The notes: generated from the sequence alone by a model not told the origin. DNA of 64,000 nt from Butyrivibrio sp. (GCA_023664865.1 JAMPEU010000004.1:51627-115626); one strand, 5' to 3'. Positions 28,657-38,818 are shown, counted from the first letter of the stretch. A program made the numbers and translations.

Positions 28657-29682
28657 ATGATTAGCGGTATATTGGCAAATTTCATCAAAGAAAAAATGAA
28701 CAATACGAGATTTCTAATTTTTATGTTCATTGTTGGAATTACAGGAATTATAATTCAGTTTTTTGAACCATATGCAATGTTTTATTTTTTATTTCCAGTA
28801 TTACTCATTATGTTGGCATCTGTTGTGTTAATTTTGCAATTTTGCTTAAAAGAGCTGCAGGCTTTTCAAAAAAATTGCGAAAATGATGATATTAAAAAAT
28901 GTTGTGAAAGTCTTTTTCCTGAAAAAAACAACCCGTTACTCTTTGTCATTTATATAATAATGGTTGCTACTTATTTTGTTTGTCTATATTGCTTACGATT
29001 TGTAGAAATAAATTTAATGGGATTATATATTTTTCTTTTGGGCGGTGGTACTTTTTTTCTTGCACTGATTAATTATGAAGTATGTGTTAGACTGACAAAA
29101 GCGTTGAAAGAAACTGAAAAAAGTATATCAAATATAAAATACAATGAAGTATATCCTAAAGATACTTCATGGTTACAATACTTTTTTCATCTTCATAAGG
29201 TTTTGAAAAATGCAGCATTAATTATCAGTATGCTTTTTGTATTAGAAAATTCAATGTTATTTGTTGCAAATAATGAAAAACTTTCTTTGCCCACTCTATC
29301 GCCGGAAACCAAAATCCTGGATGTCATTAAATGCTTACAAATTGAATGGTTGGTAATATGGGTATATATATTTGTCACTATTGTATTAGCACTCCCATTT
29401 ATGATACTACTTCGAAATAAAAGATTGAATGCCATTGTTACTTATATTCAGACAGATTTTAATAAAAAAATGATGACCACATATACTTTGGATGATATGA
29501 AGGATAATCTTCAAACATATTATTCTATTTTAAACATAATACAATCTATCCAAAGTTCTTTAGGAGAAACATATCTTCCACATCGTATTGATAGATTTGT
29601 TTCATTAGTTGCATCGTTGTTGACTTGTTTCGCCCACTTGATTTCTTTCTGCATGATATTTATACCTGCTTTTCTTAAATAA
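28657..29682 (+). CDS. Hypothetical multi-pass membrane protein (paralogue A)
   Basis: About 7 hydrophobic segments; RBS AAGGAG before ATG 28657; shares motifs with 30792..31919. Confidence 0.75.
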   Translation: MISGILANFIKEKMNNTRFLIFMFIVGITGIIIQFFEPYAMFYFLFPVLLIMLASVVLILQFCLKELQAFQKNCENDDIKKCCESLFPEKNNPLLFVIYIIMVATYFVCLYCLRFVEINLMGLYIFLLGGGTFFLALINYEVCVRLTKALKETEKSISNIKYNEVYPKDTSWLQYFFHLHKVLKNAALIISMLFVLENSMLFVANNEKLSLPTLSPETKILDVIKCLQIEWLVIWVYIFVTIVLALPFMILLRNKRLNAIVTYIQTDFNKKMMTTYTLDDMKDNLQTYYSILNIIQSIQSSLGETYLPHRIDRFVSLVASLLTCFAHLISFCMIFIPAFLK

Positions 29683-29771
29683 TTTTGTATAGGATTTAGT
29701 TAAAGCCGAATTAAATTCAAGATAACACGGTAATGCAGCAGAATTAATAAATTCGATAGGAGAAAATATAC

Positions 29772-30824
29772 ATGAAAAACGAAGGCTTATATTACAATAA
29801 AATTATGGGGAATGCAGAACAATCTTGTAAATATTTTTTCCATAGTAAATGGATTGCTTTCTTAGATAGCATAACATTACCTTATGGTAATGCAACACAA
29901 TTAAGAATCGGAAATCATCTTCGTCCCTTACTAGTTTATTGGGGAAATGCATTAAGCAGTGAAGCTGAGGATATGTTAAATGAAGATGTTACCGAATTGG
30001 CTATTTGCGTAGAAATATTACATAAAATATCTATAATTGTAGATGATTTGATTGACCATGATGTTAAAAGACACAATAGTACAACTTTTCATATTCAATA
30101 TACTCCGGAAGAAACAATCATTTTTTCCGTTTATATGATGGGAAAAGCTTTTGAAAAAATAAATATATTATCACAAAAATATAACAATCTGAAGAATCCA
30201 TTTAATAATATATATGCCAAAACTATTCAAGAAATGGCAAGTGGATGTTTGTCAGAACTAACATTAACAATTGAGCAGCGGTGTAATTATGAAAATATTG
30301 TATCTATTATTTGCAAAGAAACATCAACTTTGATTAAGAATAGCCTTTTATTAGGTTTTATGATGAATATGCCAAACAATCAGCAAACTATTCAAATGAT
30401 AGAATTAATAGGTAATAAAATAGGCTATCTTTTCCAGGCAATGAATGATTTAGAGCCTTTTTGCTCAGTTATTAATATCACTCGTCATAAAGGCACATTA
30501 AATATGGATTTCGAGCATTCCAGAAAAAATATAGTACTCCCTTATATTTATGGTGCATGTTCTGCACATGAAAAAAGACAATTATTGAAATCTGATGAAA
30601 TGGATATAAATATGATACTCAGTTTATATGAAAAATACAAAATTGAGAAACATATTAAAAATGATTTGACCAATATAGAAAGCGAACTTGAAATTCATTT
30701 TAGCAAACTTGAGTGTATGCAAATAAACCTATCTTGCTTAAAAGACTTTCGAAAATTCTATACTGATATTATTAACATTGCAAAAGAAAGATTAAATGCT
30801 GTTTCCGAAGAGCCTATTGATTAA
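29772..30824 (+). CDS. Polyprenyl synthetase (trans-isoprenyl diphosphate synthase) family protein
   Basis: GNHLRP, EILHKISIIVDDLID (first Asp-rich motif), KET and QAMNDLE (degenerate second motif). Confidence 0.85.
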   Translation: MKNEGLYYNKIMGNAEQSCKYFFHSKWIAFLDSITLPYGNATQLRIGNHLRPLLVYWGNALSSEAEDMLNEDVTELAICVEILHKISIIVDDLIDHDVKRHNSTTFHIQYTPEETIIFSVYMMGKAFEKINILSQKYNNLKNPFNNIYAKTIQEMASGCLSELTLTIEQRCNYENIVSIICKETSTLIKNSLLLGFMMNMPNNQQTIQMIELIGNKIGYLFQAMNDLEPFCSVINITRHKGTLNMDFEHSRKNIVLPYIYGACSAHEKRQLLKSDEMDINMILSLYEKYKIEKHIKNDLTNIESELEIHFSKLECMQINLSCLKDFRKFYTDIINIAKERLNAVSEEPID

Positions 30825-31919
30825 ATAGGTTTTTAATTGCGGATATTGGTTGATTAAATTCGCTATATGAAGGATAAAAGTTACTGTCGATAAAACGAAT
30901 GTCCATAAGCGTTGTATTTTTACAGGGTAATCAGGGCTGTCAATTAAGTTTTTAATTATCCAATGCTGCATATATACTTCGGTAAATTTTGTATAATTTC
31001 CATATATCAAAATATCCAATTTAGTTGATAAATATTTTATTTCCTGAGTTTTCAAGTTGCTAACAATTTTGGCTATGAGATGTTCTTGGATTCCAATAAT
31101 AATCGGGAATGCCACTATAATAACAAAAAAAATTACTAACCATGTAACAATAAATGAAAAGTTATCTGGCATATTGATGTGTGATAAAGTAATACTACCA
31201 TTGGGAATGAGTATAAAATACTCAAAAACATATAAAAATCCTTCAATGAAAAAACACCATTTTGCATGATTGGTTAGTCTCCCTATTTTTACTAAAAATG
31301 GGGTATAAGCTGGTATGATTTTATTGTATGTCATGAAAGAGCAATTACTTACTCTGTATAAAAACCATAATAACCATATATATTCGGCATAACCAATAAC
31401 ACTTATTGATACTGTGATAAATACCATATACACAGCATAGCATCCAACAAGATTCAAGGTAATATAATGCTGGGAAAAAATTCCCCAGAAAAAAACACAT
31501 AACACAATCACACATAAAACCAGATTTAAAATGTGAAATGCCCTATAACGAAAACGCTTATAAATTTCTCTTAATTCTATATTCTCTGTTTGAACATTTT
31601 GAAGTATTTCATCATCCAGAGACATAATTGTATAGGCATATTCACTTCCAAGTGATAATGTGAAAATTATATTGAATGTAAGACAAACTAAGTGTGGAAA
31701 AAAATAATCCATAGTTTTTGTATAATCCAATATTATTGTGCCAAGCAAAAAGTTAGACACTAATGGAATCGACATGGTTTTCACTGATATTTTATCTAAT
31801 AAAAGAATGGGTTTTTCCAATGAACATTCTAAGATTTTGAATTTTATTTTAGACAATATAAAAATTATTTTTTCTTTTAGTTTAAAATGCTTTTTTGTGC
31901 ATTTGCTTTTATTTTTCAT
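30792..31919 (-). CDS. Hypothetical multi-pass membrane protein (paralogue B)
   Basis: About 7 hydrophobic segments; overlaps the 3' end of the synthase by 33 bp; start at MKNKS. Confidence 0.75.
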   Translation of the reverse strand: MKNKSKCTKKHFKLKEKIIFILSKIKFKILECSLEKPILLLDKISVKTMSIPLVSNFLLGTIILDYTKTMDYFFPHLVCLTFNIIFTLSLGSEYAYTIMSLDDEILQNVQTENIELREIYKRFRYRAFHILNLVLCVIVLCVFFWGIFSQHYITLNLVGCYAVYMVFITVSISVIGYAEYIWLLWFLYRVSNCSFMTYNKIIPAYTPFLVKIGRLTNHAKWCFFIEGFLYVFEYFILIPNGSITLSHINMPDNFSFIVTWLVIFFVIIVAFPIIIGIQEHLIAKIVSNLKTQEIKYLSTKLDILIYGNYTKFTEVYMQHWIIKNLIDSPDYPVKIQRLWTFVLSTVTFILHIANLINQYPQLKTYLINRLFGNSI

Positions 31920-31961
31920 ATATTTACCTAACCTCAATATTATATGAAAGGAGTATATAAA

Positions 31962-33086
31962 ATGAACTATGATGTTGTTATTCTTGGAGGCGGTCCGGCA
32001 GGGATTGCCGCAGCAATTACATTATCCGGCGCAGGTGTATCAACAGTTTTAATTGAAAAAAATATTTATCCGCGTGAAAAAACATGTGCAGGAATTTTAA
32101 CGCAAAAAACAGTCTCATTTTTAGAAAAAAACTTTTCTTTTACCCAAACAAAACATGCGTTTTCCGCTAATCAAGTTACAACAATGTACCAAAGAAATAA
32201 TATGGGGCAGTTTAAAGTACAATTCCCATTCGTTTTTGTACATAGACAGATATTTGATTTTGAATTACTAAATATCTGCCAAAAAAACGGCGCACATGTT
32301 ATGGAAGGCTTAGCAGCAGTAAAACTATTTCCAGATGAAAACAAGATAATGCTTTCAAATAATCAGTCGATTACATACAAATCCTTAATTGCTGCTGACG
32401 GAGTATTTAGCCCTACTCGTAAACAGCTCGGACTAGCAAATGTTCCAACAGCATTTTGTATACAAGACACCATAGAACGAAAGTTATGTCCCCAGTCATT
32501 AAGTAAGCTTCAAGAAATTCAAGTAAACTTCGGAGATGTTTCTATGGGATATAGCTGGATTGTTCCATATCAAGAACATATCGCTGTTGGAACCGGTATT
32601 TTTACAAAGCAGTTTGATTATCCTGATTTATTAACTAAGCACAATATGCTATGTAAACATCTTGACCTGCCAGAGGCTGCACAACGACGTGGGGCATTTG
32701 TTCCAATTGGCGGTTTTGAGAATCAGACTGAACACCCATATGAAAATATTGTCTTTACAGGTGATGCTGCGGGTTTAGTTAATCCATTAACAGGTGAAGG
32801 GATATATCATGCATTATTATCCGGTCTTTATGCTGGTAAATCCTATTTATTAAATTATCAAAAATTTAGGACGACTTATCTATCACTTCTGCAACCTATG
32901 ATAGAACAACTTAAAGAGCAACAGTCATTGCTTTCAAAATTTTATAATCCCACTTTGTTGAGCAATATTCTTTTTAATTTAAAAGATTGTCCGGAATATT
33001 TATCTACAGTCTGTGATAATGTAGTTTCATTAGAGAAACAAAGTTATTATTCACTTATTATGGAATTGCAACAATTATTCCGCTAA
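31962..33086 (+). CDS. Geranylgeranyl reductase family FAD-dependent oxidoreductase
   Basis: GGGPAG, PREKTCAG, IAADG, GYSWIVP and GDAAGLVNPLTGEGI motifs. Confidence 0.9.
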   Translation: MNYDVVILGGGPAGIAAAITLSGAGVSTVLIEKNIYPREKTCAGILTQKTVSFLEKNFSFTQTKHAFSANQVTTMYQRNNMGQFKVQFPFVFVHRQIFDFELLNICQKNGAHVMEGLAAVKLFPDENKIMLSNNQSITYKSLIAADGVFSPTRKQLGLANVPTAFCIQDTIERKLCPQSLSKLQEIQVNFGDVSMGYSWIVPYQEHIAVGTGIFTKQFDYPDLLTKHNMLCKHLDLPEAAQRRGAFVPIGGFENQTEHPYENIVFTGDAAGLVNPLTGEGIYHALLSGLYAGKSYLLNYQKFRTTYLSLLQPMIEQLKEQQSLLSKFYNPTLLSNILFNLKDCPEYLSTVCDNVVSLEKQSYYSLIMELQQLFR

Positions 33087-33348
33087 TTAATTTGCTTAGT
33101 ATATCATTAAATAATTCATAAATATCTATATGTTAGATAATCAAGAACTATTTAATGGTTACTAAATGCTTTTTCTTAGTCTGATAGATAATAAACAATT
33201 ATCATTCAATTCCTATCTTGAACAAATAATTATTATTTATAATTATACAACATATTGCACTACTTATATCTGCAATTTTTGCCACTTTTTCTACAATTTT
33301 TTCTGTTCTTCCCATTTTTGTATAAACCAAGCTTGTATATATTATCTA

Positions 33349-33963
33349 TTACAAAGCATCTATGTTCTGAGTAAATGTGCCATAATTAACCGTTATTGTT
33401 TCATCAATTTCCGCACATTCCGACAATAACTCATTTATTATAGTATTTATATTGCGCACTCGCTCAACAGAAACTTGTTGTCCCCCTTCTCCAAATATTT
33501 TTATATAACTTGAAGACATCATATTTAAATTCTCCATAGATTTTTTAACATAGTATGTCATTTCAGCTTGATAAAATGTTTTTAATCCGATATTTTTTTC
33601 AGCTACCATTAACTTTTTAAATTCCGTCGCAATCATTATATCGTAGACTATTTCATCATCAAAAATATTTATTGCTTTTTTACCATCCAACATTACATTA
33701 TTTGTTTTCATAAATTTATAATATTTTTGAAAAAGAGGCCACAAAAATATTACAACAACTAAAAAACATATGCCTAAAATAATCAATACCTTGTAACATA
33801 AATCCAATTCACTTATTTCTCCACTAAAAGAAAGGGTTACTATCGCTATAATTATTGATACTGTAATCTGGATTCTCAAAGAAATCGTCTCAGTCAATGC
33901 CATTCTTAATTGCTTTATTTCTTTATATTCGGAAAAGTTTAACCAGCTACCTGGAAAATTCAT
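33349..33963 (-). CDS. Hypothetical protein with two N-terminal TM helices and a soluble C-domain
   Basis: 204-aa ORF with RBS GAGGT; two hydrophobic stretches. Confidence 0.7.
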   Translation of the reverse strand: MNFPGSWLNFSEYKEIKQLRMALTETISLRIQITVSIIIAIVTLSFSGEISELDLCYKVLIILGICFLVVVIFLWPLFQKYYKFMKTNNVMLDGKKAINIFDDEIVYDIMIATEFKKLMVAEKNIGLKTFYQAEMTYYVKKSMENLNMMSSSYIKIFGEGGQQVSVERVRNINTIINELLSECAEIDETITVNYGTFTQNIDAL

Positions 33964-33981
33964 TATACTTACCTCCTATAA

Positions 33982-34566
33982 TTAGAGTCTTCTAATTTCA
34001 TCTTTTAATTTTTCTAAACATTGCACATAACCCCTATACTCTGCCGGAATTACTGCTGACATTACGATTCCTGTCTGAATAGGAGCTACTGTCCGTAATT
34101 CAATACTTGAATATGCTCTTTGCCCACCATACACATCCTGCTTCTCTATCTCAATAAGAGATGCTTTACCAGTTTTATCTACCTGCTTTAGCATCTCATA
34201 CAATCTCCGAACTATCTCCACATATTCGCCAGCAGGTATCCTTACTGATAATCTATTCTCTATCTCTCCGTTATGTTCTTCATATATTTTCTCTCTTACT
34301 GATTTCGCATTTCTTATTTTTCTTAAACTATATTTCCTATTTTTTCCTAATGTACCATTTAATTTACGATAAAGATTGAGTTCCCCTAATCTAATCAATT
34401 CCTTTCTGGATAATTCAGAGACTGATTCAAATCGTTTACCTCGTTTTAATGCCAGACGCGTAATTTCAAAAGGATTACATTTTCCTACAATATATAATGC
34501 CGTCTCAAAATTATTTCTACTATTCATTCTTCTTCCTTCTAACATACTTAATGATAAAGTATTCAT
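33982..34566 (-). CDS. Hypothetical basic protein
   Basis: 194-aa ORF with RBS, 18 bp upstream of the 2TM gene. Confidence 0.65.
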   Translation of the reverse strand: MNTLSLSMLEGRRMNSRNNFETALYIVGKCNPFEITRLALKRGKRFESVSELSRKELIRLGELNLYRKLNGTLGKNRKYSLRKIRNAKSVREKIYEEHNGEIENRLSVRIPAGEYVEIVRRLYEMLKQVDKTGKASLIEIEKQDVYGGQRAYSSIELRTVAPIQTGIVMSAVIPAEYRGYVQCLEKLKDEIRRL

Positions 34567-34932
34567 TCCTTTTCCTCGCTTTCTTATGCTATTTACTTAC
34601 TAACAAAAATTATCATTGGTATCAAACAAACCATCCTCATATAATCACCATATATCTCCACATCTTCTTACTGTATCATAAAACCCCTTCATTAAAGTAA
34701 ATATCACCCCCCAAGGTCATAAAGGAATCATATTTCTCAATCGAAAAATTTCCCTACCTTTTATTAGTTAATTATATAATAAAACCGTGTTCAGAAAAGC
34801 GTTATGGAAAAATTTGACAAAAATCAAGAAAAAATAATATTTTGCAATAGACACGCCTGGCAGCAAATTTATTATCCCAATAAAAAACAGGATATCTTAT
34901 TCGCTAAGATTCCTGCTTCTTATGTTTATCTG

Positions 34933-35151
34933 CTATATCATTTTATTAAAATATTCCTGACTAACCTGCAACTGCTTCTTCAAGATTTCTTTCCACATCG
35001 CTGCATGGATTTCTCCTGAGCCTTTGGAAACTTTAGTTCTGCGTATATTACCGTTATTGTCCTCTTTACGATAGTAGTAATGGTCTGTATCTTTGTATAA
35101 TTCCCAGCCATCTCTATCGCAAAATCTTTTTAACTCTTTCCATCTTGGCAT
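34933..35151 (-). CDS. HicA-family toxin
   Basis: 72 aa; ELKRFCDRDGW...TDHYYYRK...GEI...WKEILKKQL pattern; overlaps the upstream antitoxin. Confidence 0.75.
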   Translation of the reverse strand: MPRWKELKRFCDRDGWELYKDTDHYYYRKEDNNGNIRRTKVSKGSGEIHAAMWKEILKKQLQVSQEYFNKMI

Positions 35152-35564
35152 TGTATCATGCCTCCTATTGTTTCCGGATTATCAGTAATCAAAGCTTTGA
35201 AAACATAGGGCATATGTGCTTTACGATTAGGGCTATGTGCATACAACTGATAATTATCATAATACTCAAGAGCATATTCCATAATAGACTGTGCTAAATT
35301 TAAACGAGCCTCCTTTTCATTTTTTCCATTTTCCACCAAATCCATTTCATTAAGTGAAAGCGTAATGGAACCGTCATCTTCCACATATTTTTGAGCAGTA
35401 TAGTGGTAGGCTTCCAAAATTTCTATCATAGTTTCTAAATTTGAAAACCACATTTTATCCCGTGTGCGCTTAATGAACTTAGGCTTTTCATGGATAACAC
35501 TGTCGCAAATGGTACTCCATTCTTTCCTTACAGTTGTAGCTTGTTCCATAATCATGTCAATCAT
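35130..35564 (-). CDS. Putative antitoxin (Phd-like N-terminus plus HicB-like domain)
   Basis: ATTVRKEWS...PKFIKRTRD N-terminus; EDDGSITLSL...ENGKNEKEARLNL resembles HicB; coupled to the toxin. Confidence 0.7.
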   Translation of the reverse strand: MIDMIMEQATTVRKEWSTICDSVIHEKPKFIKRTRDKMWFSNLETMIEILEAYHYTAQKYVEDDGSITLSLNEMDLVENGKNEKEARLNLAQSIMEYALEYYDNYQLYAHSPNRKAHMPYVFKALITDNPETIGGMIQCQDGKS

Positions 35565-35658
35565 CTCCCTATTTACCTCCATTATAGCAAAAACGTACAC
35601 ATTGTCAACTATGTACGTTTTATTATATGGAAATTTCTTTGGAAATATACTATATTAG

Positions 35659-36837
35659 TTATGATTGTTCAAACACTTGAAGCAACTTATCCCTTTTAAT
35701 CCACACGCATCTCCCGCTGCGGATTATACTGCCGTAATCTTCCTGCCACGGTTCAATATAAATAAAAGTTTTCTTTCCCGTTTCCAATTCCTCTACGTAC
35801 CAACCGGTTCCGACACTTTCCCACCGCTCATACATCTGATTCCATTTATCCATCTTATCGAGAGTATCTTTACTTGCCCAATCATGACATAAATCAAACA
35901 GGACTTCATTTCCTGTACAGTATGCCAGATACTTACCATCAGGTGAAAAAGTCGTGCCGTACATAAATTCTCCCAATTTCTTCAATTCGCCGTCAGGATA
36001 ACTCATCAGATATGTAGTGTCTCCACTGGAAAACACAATCCAGCCAATCTCTTCATTTCCTTTTATCTGTGATACCTCAATCGGCCAGTCAGTGTCTATG
36101 CAAGCCGCCATTTCTATATGCTGTAGCTCTTCTCCATTATCCACGCTGTATATTCCGATACTCTTATTATCCGGCGCGGCAACTGCTAACAAGTTTCCAT
36201 ACTCATCGATTGCGCTTGCAATCTGCGCCCACGACTCCCAGAAGGCATCCGCGCTCCATTCGCGCGCTTTCCGGATAATCTTTTCCCACTTCTCTATTTT
36301 TTCTTCTTCCATTTGCTCATATATCTCGCCGTCTTCTTTTCTTTGCATGGCAAAAAGAGCGATGTCATCCCCCTCATACCCCTTTTTCTGTCCAAGCTCC
36401 GTACCCTGATAATATATTCTGTCTGTATATATTACATTCATGTAATTATTTTGTCTGGAAATAACCCATTCCAAATCAGGTGAAATATTCCAGACAAGTG
36501 GTTCCTCATTATCAAACCATTCCCTATGCGTGCATAGTATCGGCGTATTTCCTAACAGCTTTTCATTCAGTGCCAAATACACCGTTTCTCCTTCCTGAGT
36601 CGTACTGACAAAATCACCGTAAATGCCATAGCGGTAATAATCCAGTGTAACCCCATAATCCAGATGTGTCTCCAGAAACATACAGTAATCCATCTTTGCA
36701 AATCCATCAAATAAGGGAATGCTATTTTCTTCTATTTGTTCTCCCACACTTGCTTCCACCTGAATAACAGATAATATTACCGTCAATGCTATCCATATGA
36801 TTCCTTTATTAATGCAAAACAGCCTTCCCGATTTCAT
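35659..36837 (-). CDS. Secreted hypothetical protein with beta-propeller-like repeats
   Basis: N-terminal hydrophobic signal; ISPD and FSPDGKYLAY TolB/WD-like motifs. Confidence 0.65.
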   Translation of the reverse strand: MKSGRLFCINKGIIWIALTVILSVIQVEASVGEQIEENSIPLFDGFAKMDYCMFLETHLDYGVTLDYYRYGIYGDFVSTTQEGETVYLALNEKLLGNTPILCTHREWFDNEEPLVWNISPDLEWVISRQNNYMNVIYTDRIYYQGTELGQKKGYEGDDIALFAMQRKEDGEIYEQMEEEKIEKWEKIIRKAREWSADAFWESWAQIASAIDEYGNLLAVAAPDNKSIGIYSVDNGEELQHIEMAACIDTDWPIEVSQIKGNEEIGWIVFSSGDTTYLMSYPDGELKKLGEFMYGTTFSPDGKYLAYCTGNEVLFDLCHDWASKDTLDKMDKWNQMYERWESVGTGWYVEELETGKKTFIYIEPWQEDYGSIIRSGRCVWIKRDKLLQVFEQS

Positions 36838-37105
36838 CGCAAATCTCCTCTACTCTTATGCCGTCTATATATAAATATCATTCATTTTAAATATTTGCTG
36901 CATTTACTTTCTGCTTTTAAAAAAACCGGGAGAACAGACTAATTCTCTCGGTTGCCTTATGCAGTAATTTATGGGTACACTTCATTATGTAGTTTAGCAT
37001 AATGAAAATAAAAAGTCTACTCTTTTCCCTTTTTTTCTGTTAATTTATTATTACAGATTATCGTTGCTAAAAACGGTTTACATGGTAAGAGAGAGGGAAG
37101 TTATT

Positions 37106-37930
37106 TTGATAGAATTTAAAGATGTCTGCAAAAGCTATCGGGTGGCAAAACGCGGCTCCGGACTTGGCGATACGGTAAAGTCCCTTTTTAAAAGGGAATA
37201 CAGCACAATTAATGCCATTAACCATTTAAGTTTTACCGTGGACGACGGCGAAATGATAGGCTATATCGGTCCGAACGGAGCGGGAAAAAGTTCCACGATA
37301 AAGATTTTAAGCGGAATATTGACTCCTGATAGCGGAATATGTCTGGTAAACGATCAGATACCGTGGAAAGACAGAAAAGAATATGTACGGCAGATAGGCG
37401 TTGTTTTCGGGCAGCGTTCACAATTATGGTGGGATATTCCCGTTATTGATTCATTTGAACTATTGCAGGCAATTTATTCCATTCCTGCGCCTAGATACCG
37501 CAGTCAGTTAGATGAACTCACCCAGCTTTTGAATCTGGAAGATATATTAAAAACGCCGACCAGACAGTTATCACTCGGTCAACGTATGCGCTGCGAAATC
37601 GCCGCATCACTACTGCATGAGCCGAAACTGCTTTTTCTGGACGAGCCGACTATCGGGCTTGATGCAGTATCCAAAATCGCAGTCCGAAGCTTTATAAAGA
37701 AACTGAATGAAGAACATAAAACCACGGTAATCCTGACGACACATGATATGCAGGATATTAAGGCCATTACCAAGCGCATAATTTTGATTGGCAGAGGGCA
37801 GAAACTTATGGACGGCACGTTGGAAGATTTATACCTTGAGTCTGATGCTGCGGGTACAGAAAATGAAGATTGCGAAATGGACATTGACCAGATTATTGCC
37901 AAACTTTACGCCAAACTAAACATCATGTAG
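37106..37930 (+). CDS. ABC exporter ATP-binding protein (DrrA-like)
   Basis: GPNGAGKS, LSLGQRMR and LDEPTIGLD motifs; probable TTG start at 37106. Confidence 0.9.
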   Translation: MIEFKDVCKSYRVAKRGSGLGDTVKSLFKREYSTINAINHLSFTVDDGEMIGYIGPNGAGKSSTIKILSGILTPDSGICLVNDQIPWKDRKEYVRQIGVVFGQRSQLWWDIPVIDSFELLQAIYSIPAPRYRSQLDELTQLLNLEDILKTPTRQLSLGQRMRCEIAASLLHEPKLLFLDEPTIGLDAVSKIAVRSFIKKLNEEHKTTVILTTHDMQDIKAITKRIILIGRGQKLMDGTLEDLYLESDAAGTENEDCEMDIDQIIAKLYAKLNIM

Positions 37931-37939
37931 GAGGATATC

Positions 37940-38743
37940 ATGAAAAAATACTATTATTTTTTTAAGCTGAGATTCTCCACGGGCATACAGTATCGTATGG
38001 CGTCTGTCACAGCTTTGACGACGCAGCTTATCTGGGGATTGATGGAGTGTCTGGCTTACAAAGCGATTGCAGAAGCTTCCTATGGCAATATGCCGATGGA
38101 CTATTCTTCCATTGTTACATATATCTGGCTCAAAGAGGCTATGCTGGTGCTTTTTAATACATGGGCGTCTGACAATGAACTTTTTAACATGATAATAAAC
38201 GGAGATATTGCATACGAATTATGCCGTCCGCTATCGCTATATTCCATGTGGTTTTCAAGAATAAGCGGCGCCAGAATATCGGAAACGCTTATGCGTTGTA
38301 TCCCTGTATTATTATGTGCATTCCTGATGCCGCAAGCCTATAGAATGACATTGCCTGTGAATAGTGTTTCGTTTGTACTGTTCCTTTTAACCTTGTTTTT
38401 AGGGCTTGGAATCACAGTCGCATTTTGTATGCTTGTCTATATACTGTGCTTTTTTACGATTTCGCCGCAGGGTTTAAGAATGGTAATGACGGGGGCTGTG
38501 GACTTTTTATCAGGAAATATTATTCCGCTGCCGTTTTTCCCACAAAAATATTTGTTCCTATTGGAGCTGACTCCATTCGCCTACATGCAGAATGTTCCAT
38601 TCAGAATATACAGCGGAGCACTTTCAGGTTCGGAAATGTATATGTGTATATTAAAACAGATTTTCTGGCTGTCGGCATTAACGTTTATTGGCATTACCAT
38701 ATGGAAACAAGCTGAAAAAAGGGTTGTAATACAGGGCGGCTGA
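37940..38743 (+). CDS. ABC-2 type (DUF990) permease
   Basis: GDIAYELCRP and LSGNIIPLPFFP motifs; multi-TM. Confidence 0.85.
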   Translation: MKKYYYFFKLRFSTGIQYRMASVTALTTQLIWGLMECLAYKAIAEASYGNMPMDYSSIVTYIWLKEAMLVLFNTWASDNELFNMIINGDIAYELCRPLSLYSMWFSRISGARISETLMRCIPVLLCAFLMPQAYRMTLPVNSVSFVLFLLTLFLGLGITVAFCMLVYILCFFTISPQGLRMVMTGAVDFLSGNIIPLPFFPQKYLFLLELTPFAYMQNVPFRIYSGALSGSEMYMCILKQIFWLSALTFIGITIWKQAEKRVVIQGG

Positions 38744-38818
38744 GCAGACGTCCTAAAAGAATTTTGAGAGAGCTGCAACAGTAAGTAAAATAATACCGGG
38801 GGGGGTATTATAAATATT

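Larger units (their letters stand above)
28490..34800. other. AT-rich accessory island
   Basis: Visibly much more AT-rich than the flanks; orphan genes; no integrase, tRNA or terminal repeat seen; boundaries approximate. Confidence 0.65.

Noticed and set aside
33166-33429. 87-aa ORF in the AT-rich island, and similar ORFs at 34497..34700 and 34804..35019
   Set aside because: Low-complexity AT-driven composition, no RBS, and overlap with better-supported genes.
36924-36997. Hairpin and tiny ORF (MGTLHYVV) upstream of the ABC exporter as an attenuator
   Set aside because: No RBS for the small ORF and no terminator/antiterminator pair evident.
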